52,147 bases of DNA from an uncultured Gammaproteobacteria bacterium (GTDB lineage Bacteria; Patescibacteriota; Patescibacteriia; UBA9570; XYC2-FULL-38-9): the NCBI GenBank assembly GCA_964344485.1, contig CAYFNF010000003.1:50149-102295 (forward strand), read 5' to 3'. This document shows, one piece after another, positions 33,901-43,149 of the stretch (position 1 is the first letter of the stretch; each line of letters begins with the position of its first letter). The notes below the pieces were generated by a model, which worked only from the letters and a program-made list of their open reading frames with translations, was not told the origin of the DNA and ran no database searches. The position numbers and the translations under genes were made by a program.

Positions 33901-34461
33901 ATGCTGAAAAAATGCACTGTAGATGATACGAACTATATGGCGTATGAAGAGTACGGAGAGATTGTCGATGGTCTCTATTCTGGAGTGCATTCATACTGTG
34001 AAGAGCAGGACATCCGATTTCATGCGATTGTTCCGATCATGCGTAGTGGAGCGATAATTGGATCTATGATGGCGGTGCGCTTTGGGATAGACACCATCAT
34101 CCCTATTCAATTCCGTGGAGATGCAATAGTGAAGAACTTTCACTACGTTCTACCAAAACATGCTAATATACTCATATGTGAGAACAACACCGACACTGGT
34201 GAAACAGCAGTAAAGACTATACAATTCTTACAGCAACAATTTTCTGATGCTCGTCTCTACTACCTTTCTGTCGCACGAGTGTATGGAGGACCAAAAACCT
34301 TTGAAGGGACAGAAGAGTACTTCTGTGGCATTGAGACTAATGAGCGGTTTGCTGCTACTGAACAAGAGGCGGAAGAGCTTGGACTGCGTCCTAAAATCAC
34401 CATTTTCCCGTGGGAAAGTGTTGCGCAAGAGTTAGAGAAAATAAATTCTGAACGTGTATAA
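33901..34461 (+). CDS. Phosphoribosyltransferase-like (PRT fold) protein
   Basis: 186 aa. ILICENNTDTGETA resembles the PRPP-binding loop (hydrophobic-D/E-D/N-x-x-D-T-G-x-T). The specific family is not recognised. Confidence 0.5.
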   Translation: MLKKCTVDDTNYMAYEEYGEIVDGLYSGVHSYCEEQDIRFHAIVPIMRSGAIIGSMMAVRFGIDTIIPIQFRGDAIVKNFHYVLPKHANILICENNTDTGETAVKTIQFLQQQFSDARLYYLSVARVYGGPKTFEGTEEYFCGIETNERFAATEQEAEELGLRPKITIFPWESVAQELEKINSERV

Positions 34462-34462
34462 T

Positions 34463-35023
34463 ATGATTCTGCTTGTTGGCCTGGGCAATCCAGGGAAAGA
34501 GTATGAACGTACCAGGCATAACATTGGATGGCGCGTGCTTGATGCGTACGCAGCTTCACTAGAAGTAGAGTTTACATTTGAAAAAAAATGGAATGCGCTG
34601 ATAGCAAAACAGAATGATGTTATTCTCTGCAAGCCACAAACATTTATGAACAACTCTGGGCAAGCAGTGCGTGCAGTAGCTGACTACTTTAAGATTGAAC
34701 CACATAGAATTATAGTAGTTCATGATGATAAAGATTTGCAGTTCGGGACTATTCGAATGCGTTCCGAGGGTTCTTCTGCTGGACATAACGGTGTACAGTC
34801 TATTATTGAACACATGGGTGTGCAGGAATTTCCACGCATGCGAGTTGGAGTTATGAACGATCAGCCGCTACCAGACACCGCGGATTTTGTACTACAACGA
34901 TTCTCCAACACCGAAGAACAACAGATCGATGCAATCATGAGCTCATGTGTTGAATATCTTGCTGATGCGCTACAACAACCGTCATTGGAACACCAAGATA
35001 TTGTAGTGGACCTCTCTACTTAA
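34463..35023 (+). CDS. pth: Peptidyl-tRNA hydrolase
   Basis: MILLVGLGNPGKEYERTRHNIGW. The track start at 34454 is GTG. I prefer the ATG at 34463, which lies 1 nt after the upstream stop. Confidence 0.93.
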   Translation: MILLVGLGNPGKEYERTRHNIGWRVLDAYAASLEVEFTFEKKWNALIAKQNDVILCKPQTFMNNSGQAVRAVADYFKIEPHRIIVVHDDKDLQFGTIRMRSEGSSAGHNGVQSIIEHMGVQEFPRMRVGVMNDQPLPDTADFVLQRFSNTEEQQIDAIMSSCVEYLADALQQPSLEHQDIVVDLST

Positions 35024-35496
35024 TTCTCATCCGAGCCCACCATATGCTCCAGCACCCCTGGAGCAATTCTTTGTAAATCTTTCACCAGTAACACTAGGTG
35101 TGCTTCGCGTGGATCTGGTGGAACTGCCGCTGGATCAGCTGGGTCGTCTACTCCATAGTGCTCGACTTCGACACCGAGATCTTCAAATACTGCTGGATGT
35201 TCGGCGCGCATATGTGCAATCAATGCTTTCAATCCACTGAACAAGGCATCAATCGCGCCTTGTCCTGCAGCACTTGCTTCCTGCTCTCCTCGCTGAACCA
35301 CCGCTCGAAGTGCAGCTGCTAGATCAGGATCTTTTCCATCCAATCCTGAGAGGAAGTCTCTGACGACTCCATTTAATTGTGCGACCTGCATTGCACCGAG
35401 TGAATCGACCTTACTTCTCGGAAGAACAGAGTCTGCTCCTGGTCCAGTTGCTGATGGCTCGACTCTACGTACTCCGAATAATCTTTTTTTTGTCAT
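35020..35496 (-). CDS. Hypothetical soluble Ala/Asp-rich protein (ORFan), moderately GC-enriched
   Basis: 158-aa ORF with no recognised motifs. Its stop overlaps the pth stop in a convergent TTAA arrangement. Confidence 0.45.
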   Translation of the reverse strand: MTKKRLFGVRRVEPSATGPGADSVLPRSKVDSLGAMQVAQLNGVVRDFLSGLDGKDPDLAAALRAVVQRGEQEASAAGQGAIDALFSGLKALIAHMRAEHPAVFEDLGVEVEHYGVDDPADPAAVPPDPREAHLVLLVKDLQRIAPGVLEHMVGSDEN

Positions 35497-35509
35497 ATAT
35501 TCATATCAA

Positions 35510-36214
35510 TTATAAACCTAATTGAATCGCTGCTCCGCACAGCACGATCGCTCCACCAGCGAAAATGTGGCTAAACCGCTCTAGTGACTGAACGCGTAGT
35601 CGTTTCACACCTGCAGTCAACACACCGACTGTTACCAACATCGTGCTTATAGTCACAATTGCAAATATACTCGCAATCAATATCATACTGCCTATACTCA
35701 TCTCTGCAGCTGGATACATAAGTATAGGAATGAGCGGTTCACACGGACCAAGGATAAAAATAATGAATAACGCCCACGGAGTCATCCTTTTTTTTGCTGT
35801 ATTTTCATGAACATGTGCATGGTCGTGCGTATGTACGTGCTCATGAGTGTGTGGAATACCGTCTTCATGAGTATGCAAGTGGGTATGTGGAGTATTCTTT
35901 ATCGCTCGACGAATTCCCCACAGTAAGTAGGCCAATCCAAACGAGAGCAACGCCCAGCCAGCGATGGTTCCTCGAAATGCTTCAATTGCTTCTAATGAAA
36001 GCACTGCAGCTCCTATGGTGATTCCGATCACTCCAAGTATTATCGAGCTTGCTACATGCCCCGCACCACATAGCAGAGTGATCTTTATGGTCTTTTTTTT
36101 GGACCAATTCCTTGCTTTTGCCATTGCAACGAACGGTATGTAGTGGTCCGGGCCGAGCAAGGTGTGAAATAACCCGATAGACGCAGCTGTGATAGCTAAA
36201 ATGCCTAGTTCCAT
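35510..36214 (-). CDS. Polytopic metal-ion transporter with a His-rich loop (NicO/RcnA-like; Ni/Co-type is a guess)
   Basis: 234 aa. FHTLLGPDHYIP in TM1. Central loop HTHLHTHEDGIPHTHEHVHTHDHAHVHEN. About 6 TM helices. Confidence 0.5.
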   Translation of the reverse strand: MELGILAITAASIGLFHTLLGPDHYIPFVAMAKARNWSKKKTIKITLLCGAGHVASSIILGVIGITIGAAVLSLEAIEAFRGTIAGWALLSFGLAYLLWGIRRAIKNTPHTHLHTHEDGIPHTHEHVHTHDHAHVHENTAKKRMTPWALFIIFILGPCEPLIPILMYPAAEMSIGSMILIASIFAIVTISTMLVTVGVLTAGVKRLRVQSLERFSHIFAGGAIVLCGAAIQLGL

Positions 36215-36216
36215 AT

Positions 36217-36582
36217 TTATTCTTGTAATATTTCTTCATCTTGTTCTTGCCACGCTGGATCAACGATGCAGAGAAACTGCAGCTCTTCTGCTCCGGTATT
36301 CTCGATCCATTGTGTAGCTTGTGCTGGAATATAGATCGCTTGACCAGCGCGTACTGCTTCTGACTCATCATCGATATACATTATCCCCTGCCCTTGGAGA
36401 ATATAGTAGACTTCAGTGGATTGTAGTACGTGCTGCGCAGAGCGCTTACCAGGCTCAACCACAGCATGCGCTAAACTGTAATGAAGAGCAACATCGTGAC
36501 GGTCCGGATGTAGTAACTCTCGCAGCGCTGTCTTATCACGTGCCATAAATTCTTCACATTGCGTGAGGTCTCGTATTAACAT
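36217..36582 (-). CDS. Cupin-domain protein
   Basis: 121 aa. HVLQSTEVYYILQGQG..GQAIYIPAQATQWIENTG fits the two cupin motifs. Confidence 0.8.
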   Translation of the reverse strand: MLIRDLTQCEEFMARDKTALRELLHPDRHDVALHYSLAHAVVEPGKRSAQHVLQSTEVYYILQGQGIMYIDDESEAVRAGQAIYIPAQATQWIENTGAEELQFLCIVDPAWQEQDEEILQE

Positions 36583-36584
36583 AC

Positions 36585-37757
36585 TTACTCAAAATATTTC
36601 CTATCTTTTAAATTGTCTGGCAAATTCGAGTCCTGTTCTCTGGAGCCGTATCCAAGCTCTTTCATCAGTGCGGTAGGTGCGTTTCGTAAGTGCATGGGCA
36701 CTGGCTCATGTGGATGCTCTTGAATGTCTTTAACTATTCTCTGCCAAGCTGTGTCTATGCTTCGTGACTTAGGCGCACGCGCTAAGTATTCTACAGCTTG
36801 AGCAAGCGCTAAGTTGCACTCTGGCATGCCAACAAAGTGGCACGCTTGATATGCGGCAATTGCTAACACCAAACCAGTGGGCTTTTCATTCCCCACGTCT
36901 TCAGACGCAAAACGAATCACGCGGCGCGCAATATACAGCGGATCCTCACCTGCTTCTAGCATTCGTGCGAGCCAGTATAAAGACGCATCCGGATCAGAGT
37001 CACGCATGCACTTATGTAAAGCCGAGATCAAGTTGAAATGCTGCTCTCCTTGCTTGTCATATAAAAAGGTCTTCTCTACAGAGTCTTTGACCACTTGTTT
37101 GGTGATCTTTTTTCCTGAACCGTGTGCAAACTCCAATACATTAATTGCCGTGCGTGCATCTCCGTTAGAAAGTGTGGCAATGTACCCCAGTACATCGTCA
37201 GGCACAGTGATCTTCAACTCATCAGTTGCTCGTTTCAGAATGGTAATGATGTTCTGTTCGCTCAACTGTTTTAATACAAATACCTGGCATCGCGACAACA
37301 ACGCTGAGATCACTTCAAAAGATGGGTTCTCTGTGGTTGCGCCAATGAGAATGAGCGAACCCCGTTCCACGGCGGGTAGTAGTGCGTCCTGCTGTGCTTT
37401 GGTCCAACGATGTATCTCATCTAAAAACAGTGTGGTTTTCTTCTGATGCAGCTCCACATCACTCTTGGCCTGCTCCAGCACCTCTTTCAGGTCTTTCTTG
37501 CCCGCAGAGACCGCTGACAACTGCACAAAATTCGCATTCGTCATGTGTGCAATGATAAATGCAAGTGTGGTCTTTCCACTGCCTGGTGGGCCCCAAAAGA
37601 TCATAGAAGGGACTTCATCTTTTTCTAATGACTGGCGCAACATGCTGCTCTGCCCAATCAAATCCTCATGCCCTACAAAATCCTTCAGTGCTTCTGGTCT
37701 GAGTTTATCAGCGAGTGGGGCGTGCTCTTTAGATTGTTCTGAAAACAAAGTGGTCAT
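36585..37757 (-). CDS. rarA: Replication-associated recombination protein A (AAA+ ATPase RarA/MgsA)
   Basis: Walker A FWGPPGSGKTTLA, Walker B LFLDEIHR, and MgsA C-terminal domain (HFNLISALHKCMRDSDPDASLYWLARML). Confidence 0.93.
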   Translation of the reverse strand: MTTLFSEQSKEHAPLADKLRPEALKDFVGHEDLIGQSSMLRQSLEKDEVPSMIFWGPPGSGKTTLAFIIAHMTNANFVQLSAVSAGKKDLKEVLEQAKSDVELHQKKTTLFLDEIHRWTKAQQDALLPAVERGSLILIGATTENPSFEVISALLSRCQVFVLKQLSEQNIITILKRATDELKITVPDDVLGYIATLSNGDARTAINVLEFAHGSGKKITKQVVKDSVEKTFLYDKQGEQHFNLISALHKCMRDSDPDASLYWLARMLEAGEDPLYIARRVIRFASEDVGNEKPTGLVLAIAAYQACHFVGMPECNLALAQAVEYLARAPKSRSIDTAWQRIVKDIQEHPHEPVPMHLRNAPTALMKELGYGSREQDSNLPDNLKDRKYFE

Positions 37758-37767
37758 GGATACTACT

Positions 37768-38523
37768 TTAAAACAAAGCTGCTACTGCTGCAACTGTTAC
37801 CACTAAAATAGAGATCGCCCATTCAATAACGTCCCTCCCAGTTTTCATGGAATAGAGATCTTCAATCACGTGCACCATGCGGATAGGTATGAAAAAAATG
37901 AGAAATATCAGTCCAGCAACTCCAGCATACAGCGCAGCTTCACCAGCACCGTACTCAGACAGTTTCATTCCTGGCTGATTCGTGACTGCCTCCCATGTGG
38001 AGGTATACGCAATACATGCAAAGAATAGCAAGAAAAAATCTGCAACCAACTCTTTGGCTGTGGACATGCTCTTTTTCTTTGATGTATCGCTCAATATTAA
38101 AATAAACAGAATGGCTAACTCCTTGATGACAATAAAGATACAACCGTAGATAGACCAGTGCGGTTGACCGTCGCCGGTTATTTCAACACCGAATGTTTCC
38201 AGTGCCCACATATAGACTATGATGCTTACGACAGCATGAAACATCCATACCAGCATAAAGAGCCAACCGAACTCTGCTTCAGGGCTCTTTCGTGATCCAA
38301 TGACCTTGCTCTTCCAATAGATACCGATAGTTTCTACGACAATCGCAATCAACATTAAAACTCCGATCACTATATAGGTCTCTTCGAAATTAATCGCACC
38401 GTAGAGCGCAGGGAGGATTAACGGTTGAATTAAAACAATATACAGCAAAAAGAATCCATTAAAGACAATGCCTCGCTTTTTCATAATGAAATCTTGCCAC
38501 GAGTGAAAACGGGCCGAGGTCAT
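37768..38523 (-). CDS. Hypothetical polytopic membrane protein
   Basis: 251 aa with about 7 hydrophobic helices. 4-nt overlap with the upstream suhB-like gene. No recognised family. Confidence 0.55.
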   Translation of the reverse strand: MTSARFHSWQDFIMKKRGIVFNGFFLLYIVLIQPLILPALYGAINFEETYIVIGVLMLIAIVVETIGIYWKSKVIGSRKSPEAEFGWLFMLVWMFHAVVSIIVYMWALETFGVEITGDGQPHWSIYGCIFIVIKELAILFILILSDTSKKKSMSTAKELVADFFLLFFACIAYTSTWEAVTNQPGMKLSEYGAGEAALYAGVAGLIFLIFFIPIRMVHVIEDLYSMKTGRDVIEWAISILVVTVAAVAALF

Positions 38524-39296
38524 GTAATATCTGTTAATTGTTCTAATATCCTCTGATGCATGGCTGGACTAGAAGCAATGACTGTTGCGCTTTCGTTTTT
38601 CACCTCTTGATCCTTGACGTCTGTGACCACTGCTCCGGCTTCCCGTGCAATAGCAACACCAGCAGCGTAATCCCATATTTGGTCACCGACCACTACACAG
38701 GAGTCTGCCATTCCAGCCGCAACCCAGCAAAGTTCCAACGCTGTCACCCCAAGGGTGCGCAAAAAATGGTTCTCGCTTAACGCTTCTCTGATTTTCGTTG
38801 TTGTCTGCTGACTCTCGACTGCGTACCCCCAGTCCATGAGCACCACTGTTCGGTCTGGGTCGCTATTAGTGGAGACTGCTATCGGGTGATCATTCCTATA
38901 CGCACCTGCTTCGCGTTCAGCATAGTAACACTCATCTGTAATCGGATTGTATACTACTCCTAAAGTAAAACCTTCTGGGGTAAGCAGGCCGATCGAAATA
39001 GCGCACAGCGGAATGTTGCGTATGAAGTTCGTGGTTCCATCAATAGGGTCGATAATCCACTGCGCTTCTTGACTACCTTCCTGTTTGCCAGTTTCCTCAC
39101 TGAGAATTGAATACTCCGAGTGCTTTTGCAGCGATTCAATAATAAACTGCTCAACTTGCACATCAACCTCAGTCACAATGCCGTTCTTCCCGCCCTTCTT
39201 TTTCTCTTGCTGTTCCTGACCAAACGCGTTTTTCACGATCTTTCCAGCGTTTTTCGCTGTGTCAATTGCACATTGTAAATCTTTCGTAATTTGCAT
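38520..39296 (-). CDS. suhB: Inositol monophosphatase family protein
   Basis: WIIDPIDGTTNF and WDYAAG motifs. Confidence 0.88.
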   Translation of the reverse strand: MQITKDLQCAIDTAKNAGKIVKNAFGQEQQEKKKGGKNGIVTEVDVQVEQFIIESLQKHSEYSILSEETGKQEGSQEAQWIIDPIDGTTNFIRNIPLCAISIGLLTPEGFTLGVVYNPITDECYYAEREAGAYRNDHPIAVSTNSDPDRTVVLMDWGYAVESQQTTTKIREALSENHFLRTLGVTALELCWVAAGMADSCVVVGDQIWDYAAGVAIAREAGAVVTDVKDQEVKNESATVIASSPAMHQRILEQLTDIT

Positions 39297-39345
39297 GCTT
39301 CTATTATTTCACACACCGAACGATTATTCAATGACACCGTTAGGC

Positions 39346-39373
39346 TTGCATAAACTCTCACAGCGCGTACAAT
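39346..39373 (+). promoter_or_regulatory. Sigma70-type promoter of mfd (very short leader)
   Basis: TTGCAT (39346..39351), 16-nt spacer, TACAAT (39368..39373). The ATG is at 39384. Confidence 0.5.
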
Positions 39374-39383
39374 ACAGACACCG

Positions 39384-42300
39384 ATGACCACAGAAACTCA
39401 GAGAGACCAGCTTCAGCTCGGTGATGTAATACAGATTGGGCAAGTACCGAATGTACTCGCGCTCTCGCATTATATCACTACCTCCCCCCTATTACAGAAA
39501 CAGGCGGTTTTTGTAGTGGTTAAGAATGAAATTGATCGTCATATTATTGCGCAAACAGTGCATTTTTTTAATACACAGGAGCGTCAGTGCACTGAGTGGA
39601 ACGACAATAACATGGACCTACTGCGTTTCGATGACCCTTCGGGCATGATTCTCTGCGACGCAATGCAGCTAGAGCGTACTCGGCTACCATCTAGGAGAAC
39701 ATTTATCGACAAGACGCTTGAACTGAGCGTCGGAGAAGAGGTCTCCCTCCAAGAAGTGAAAGAACTGCTCACGATCAATGGACTAGAACGTGAGACATCA
39801 GCAAACGAACCAGGGCGATGGTCCGGACGTGGAAATATTATAGATGTGTATACAGATCAACCGATTCGCATTGAATTTGACAACAATACAATTACCGCTC
39901 TCAACAGCTTCAGTTTAAAGACCGGGAAAAAGAAGCGCGCACTTGATTCTTGTCGTGTCCCTCCACTGCATCAAGCTGGTCGATCTTCATTGCTCGATTA
40001 TCTACCGGACGATGCTGTTATTGTCTTGTATGAGCAAGAAGCTGTAGAAAACGCACACGCACAGCTCATCGTCTCTCCCCTGCAGATCCCGGGCAGCACA
40101 GACGCTGGATATAAAGAGACGAAATCATATCATCTGCGGTATGAAGAGATTCAGCAAGATGCTTCGAGCTACGCGACAGTCTTTGCATGTACTGCTCACA
40201 AGAAGAAACTCGTGCCACTGCTTCCTAAGAATGCCACAACTATTCCACTGACCGTTCCTTCACGAGGATTCATTCATGCGTCATCACGCACAATCGTGTT
40301 GACGGACCAGGCCGTGGGCATCTCCGAGCAAGAGTACAAAGAGCAATCTCAAAAAGTACAGCAAGCGTTGATTCAATCGCTGCATCCTGGGGATTACGTT
40401 GTGCATGCGCATCACGGAATCGCTCGCTTTGGAGGAATGACCACTATGCATGTGAACAAATTGGACCGCGAGTACTTCATCTGTGAATACGCTGACGCGG
40501 ACAAGATCTACGTTCCAGTGGAGCTGGCTGACCGCATTGATAAATACCTTGGCAGTCCGCACCCAACCTTGCATCGGTTGTCGGACGCATCTTGGGGTGA
40601 AGTGGTCGCACGCGTAAAGAAGCACGCCTTAGTGCTAGCAAAAGATTTATTGCATTTGTATGCGAAACGAACAATTGCGACTACAACGCAGTACTCGGAA
40701 CAAACAGAAGAGGAGGAGCTTGATAAAAAATGCCCATTTGAATTAACAAAAGATCAACAGCAAGCACTTCAAGATGTCTATCATGATATGCAGCAAGAGA
40801 CGCCAATGGACAGACTGCTCTGCGGGGATGTCGGGTTTGGAAAAACAGAAGTTGCAATTCGTGCAGCATTTCGAGCGGTGCTAAACGGTCGCCAGGTTGC
40901 ACTGCTCGCCCCCACCACCGTGCTCGCCCAGCAACACTTTGATACATTCTCGGAACGCTTACAGGCGTTTGGCATCTCAATAGGTCGGCTCAGTCGGTTA
41001 CAAACCGCTAAGCAGCAACAGCAAGTCATCCATGGAGTGCGAAACGGCACAATCGATGTCATTATCGGCACACACCGCTTGCTGTCAAAGGATGTACACT
41101 TCAAGCGTCTTGGATTTATTATCATTGATGAAGAACAGCGCTTCGGGGTAAAAGCAAAAGAAGCGTTGAAGCAATTGCGCGCAGATGCACATATTCTCTC
41201 TATGACTGCTACTCCTATCCCGCGAACGCTTCACCTTTCACTCTCTGGAATTAGGGATATCTCGACAATCCTCACTGCGCCGCAAGAGCGCAAAGCCGTG
41301 GAGACGTTCATTCAGCCACTTTCTAGCGACGTCATTGCACAAGCAATTAAACGAGAGATGAAGAGAAAGGGTCAGACGTACTATATCTATAATCGCGTGC
41401 GGAGTATTGAGCTGCGCCGAAAGGAATTACAAGTGCTGGTACCAACAGCGCGTATCGGAGTGATTCATGGACAGATGCGTTCTAAAGAACTCGCTGCAGT
41501 GATGCATGAGTTCGATACTGGAAAGATTGATGTGCTGCTTGCAACAACGATCGTTGAAAACGGTTTAGATATTCCGCGAGCGAATACGTTAGTTGTTGAA
41601 CATGCATCCATGTTCGGACTCGCAGAGTTATATCAATTAAAAGGTCGTGTCGGACGGTCAGATCGTCAAGGGTACGCATACTTCTTCTACAAGGAACGCG
41701 AACTAGAACCAGTAGTAAAAGAACGCTTCGTTGCGCTGCAAGAGACACAGGAGCTCGGTTCTGGATTCGAGCTCGCCATGAGAGACATGGAGATTCGTGG
41801 AGTCGGAAACATTCTAGGCAAAGAGCAGCACGGTCATGCGGAAAAAATCGGATTGCATCTATACATACGTTTACTGAACCGTGCAGTACAAGAATTGCAG
41901 GGCGTGGAACTACAACCCGAGCGAGATATTCCAATAGACTTACCGATAGAAGCGTATATTCCAGAACGGATACTTCCGAATGAAGCAGATCGAGTAATTC
42001 TATACCAGCAGCTCGCAGCGATTTCCGAAAGAAAGGCACTGCTATCCAAGAAAGACCAGTTCTCAAGGAAACAACGTTTTGCAACAACAGGTTCGCTTGA
42101 CCCTGCATTAGAAGGATTGTTTCAACTATTAGAGATTAAGTTGCTCGCTTCGCGCTCCTCTCTACTCTCTATTGATACTACCTACCCTACTGACATGAAT
42201 CGCTTAACCTCTCCGCGCATTACTATTTCATCAGACAAACCGCTAGTAGATCTCCCAGCAGAATGGAATATTGTCTATAAACGTGATTCATCAGACCATG

Positions 42301-42392
42301 TCGCACGCGCAACCCTGGAAGAACTGGGGGAGCGCTGGATTGAAAAACTCAAACTACTAATCCAACAACTACGAACTTCGCCGGAATCATGA
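39384..42392 (+). CDS. mfd: Transcription-repair coupling factor Mfd (shortened N-terminal region)
   Basis: CarD-like RNAP-interaction domain GDYVVHAHHGIARFGGM. SF2 translocase motifs GDVGFGKTEVA, IIDEEQRFG, SMTATPIPRT and QLKGRVGRS. TRG motif region. Confidence 0.93.
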   Translation: MTTETQRDQLQLGDVIQIGQVPNVLALSHYITTSPLLQKQAVFVVVKNEIDRHIIAQTVHFFNTQERQCTEWNDNNMDLLRFDDPSGMILCDAMQLERTRLPSRRTFIDKTLELSVGEEVSLQEVKELLTINGLERETSANEPGRWSGRGNIIDVYTDQPIRIEFDNNTITALNSFSLKTGKKKRALDSCRVPPLHQAGRSSLLDYLPDDAVIVLYEQEAVENAHAQLIVSPLQIPGSTDAGYKETKSYHLRYEEIQQDASSYATVFACTAHKKKLVPLLPKNATTIPLTVPSRGFIHASSRTIVLTDQAVGISEQEYKEQSQKVQQALIQSLHPGDYVVHAHHGIARFGGMTTMHVNKLDREYFICEYADADKIYVPVELADRIDKYLGSPHPTLHRLSDASWGEVVARVKKHALVLAKDLLHLYAKRTIATTTQYSEQTEEEELDKKCPFELTKDQQQALQDVYHDMQQETPMDRLLCGDVGFGKTEVAIRAAFRAVLNGRQVALLAPTTVLAQQHFDTFSERLQAFGISIGRLSRLQTAKQQQQVIHGVRNGTIDVIIGTHRLLSKDVHFKRLGFIIIDEEQRFGVKAKEALKQLRADAHILSMTATPIPRTLHLSLSGIRDISTILTAPQERKAVETFIQPLSSDVIAQAIKREMKRKGQTYYIYNRVRSIELRRKELQVLVPTARIGVIHGQMRSKELAAVMHEFDTGKIDVLLATTIVENGLDIPRANTLVVEHASMFGLAELYQLKGRVGRSDRQGYAYFFYKERELEPVVKERFVALQETQELGSGFELAMRDMEIRGVGNILGKEQHGHAEKIGLHLYIRLLNRAVQELQGVELQPERDIPIDLPIEAYIPERILPNEADRVILYQQLAAISERKALLSKKDQFSRKQRFATTGSLDPALEGLFQLLEIKLLASRSSLLSIDTTYPTDMNRLTSPRITISSDKPLVDLPAEWNIVYKRDSSDHVARATLEELGERWIEKLKLLIQQLRTSPES

Positions 42393-42421
42393 TATACTAG
42401 GATCAAATAACACAAACACCT

Positions 42422-42820
42422 ATGCCAACAAAACAACAAGCAATTGGCCAAACACGAAAAAAGACCGGCGCTAAAAAAAGTAAAAAGACACAACAGGACG
42501 CTGCGAAAAAACGACAAGATACTGCAGTGGTTGAGCATACGGTAACGATCCACAACGTACACTACGTACAAAACACCATTGATCTAGTGAATTTAATACA
42601 GAATGTTATTACTCGCTGTTCTCGTTCTTCTTCCCCAGTGCTTTCGATGAGCCTATCCAAGCGAACACTCCACTACGTTCTGTCTAGAAAAACCTGCGCG
42701 CTCAGTATAGCCAAACAAATTCAGCGCGCGTTCAAGCAACTGCATCCTGAGGTAGAGATCTCACATCCAAAAAACAACGAGTACTATACAATCGTGGTAA
42801 CGTTTCAGAAGCCTACGTAG
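42422..42820 (+). CDS. Hypothetical protein with a Lys-rich N-terminus
   Basis: 132-aa ORF 30 nt downstream of mfd. No recognised family. Confidence 0.45.
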   Translation: MPTKQQAIGQTRKKTGAKKSKKTQQDAAKKRQDTAVVEHTVTIHNVHYVQNTIDLVNLIQNVITRCSRSSSPVLSMSLSKRTLHYVLSRKTCALSIAKQIQRAFKQLHPEVEISHPKNNEYYTIVVTFQKPT

Positions 42821-42825
42821 AGGCC

Positions 42826-43149
42826 CTATACTTCTCTTGGTTCAATGACCTCAGTACTCACCCATTGTGAGTACTGTTTTGATTCTGCATCGGTTGTCCA
42901 TGCAACTATACATGGAGTGTCATAAGAATGTATATCTTGCACCAACTGTTCACACTCCTGATACTTTGACTTCACGGTCTTTGCGAGAATCACGAACTCT
43001 GCATCGTCTTGAATCTCGCCTTTCCACCAGTACATGCTAGTGATCGGCATAATATTCGCGCACGCGATTAGCTTCTGTTCCAATAACGCACGTGAGATCG
43101 TACGAGCTTCTTGATCAGAGGAGCACGGTATGTACACAATGAGAATCAT
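42826..43149 (-). CDS. cutA: Divalent-cation tolerance protein CutA
   Basis: 107 aa. LLEQKLIACANIMPITSMYWWKGEIQDDAEFVILAKT is typical of CutA1. Confidence 0.88.
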   Translation of the reverse strand: MILIVYIPCSSDQEARTISRALLEQKLIACANIMPITSMYWWKGEIQDDAEFVILAKTVKSKYQECEQLVQDIHSYDTPCIVAWTTDAESKQYSQWVSTEVIEPREV

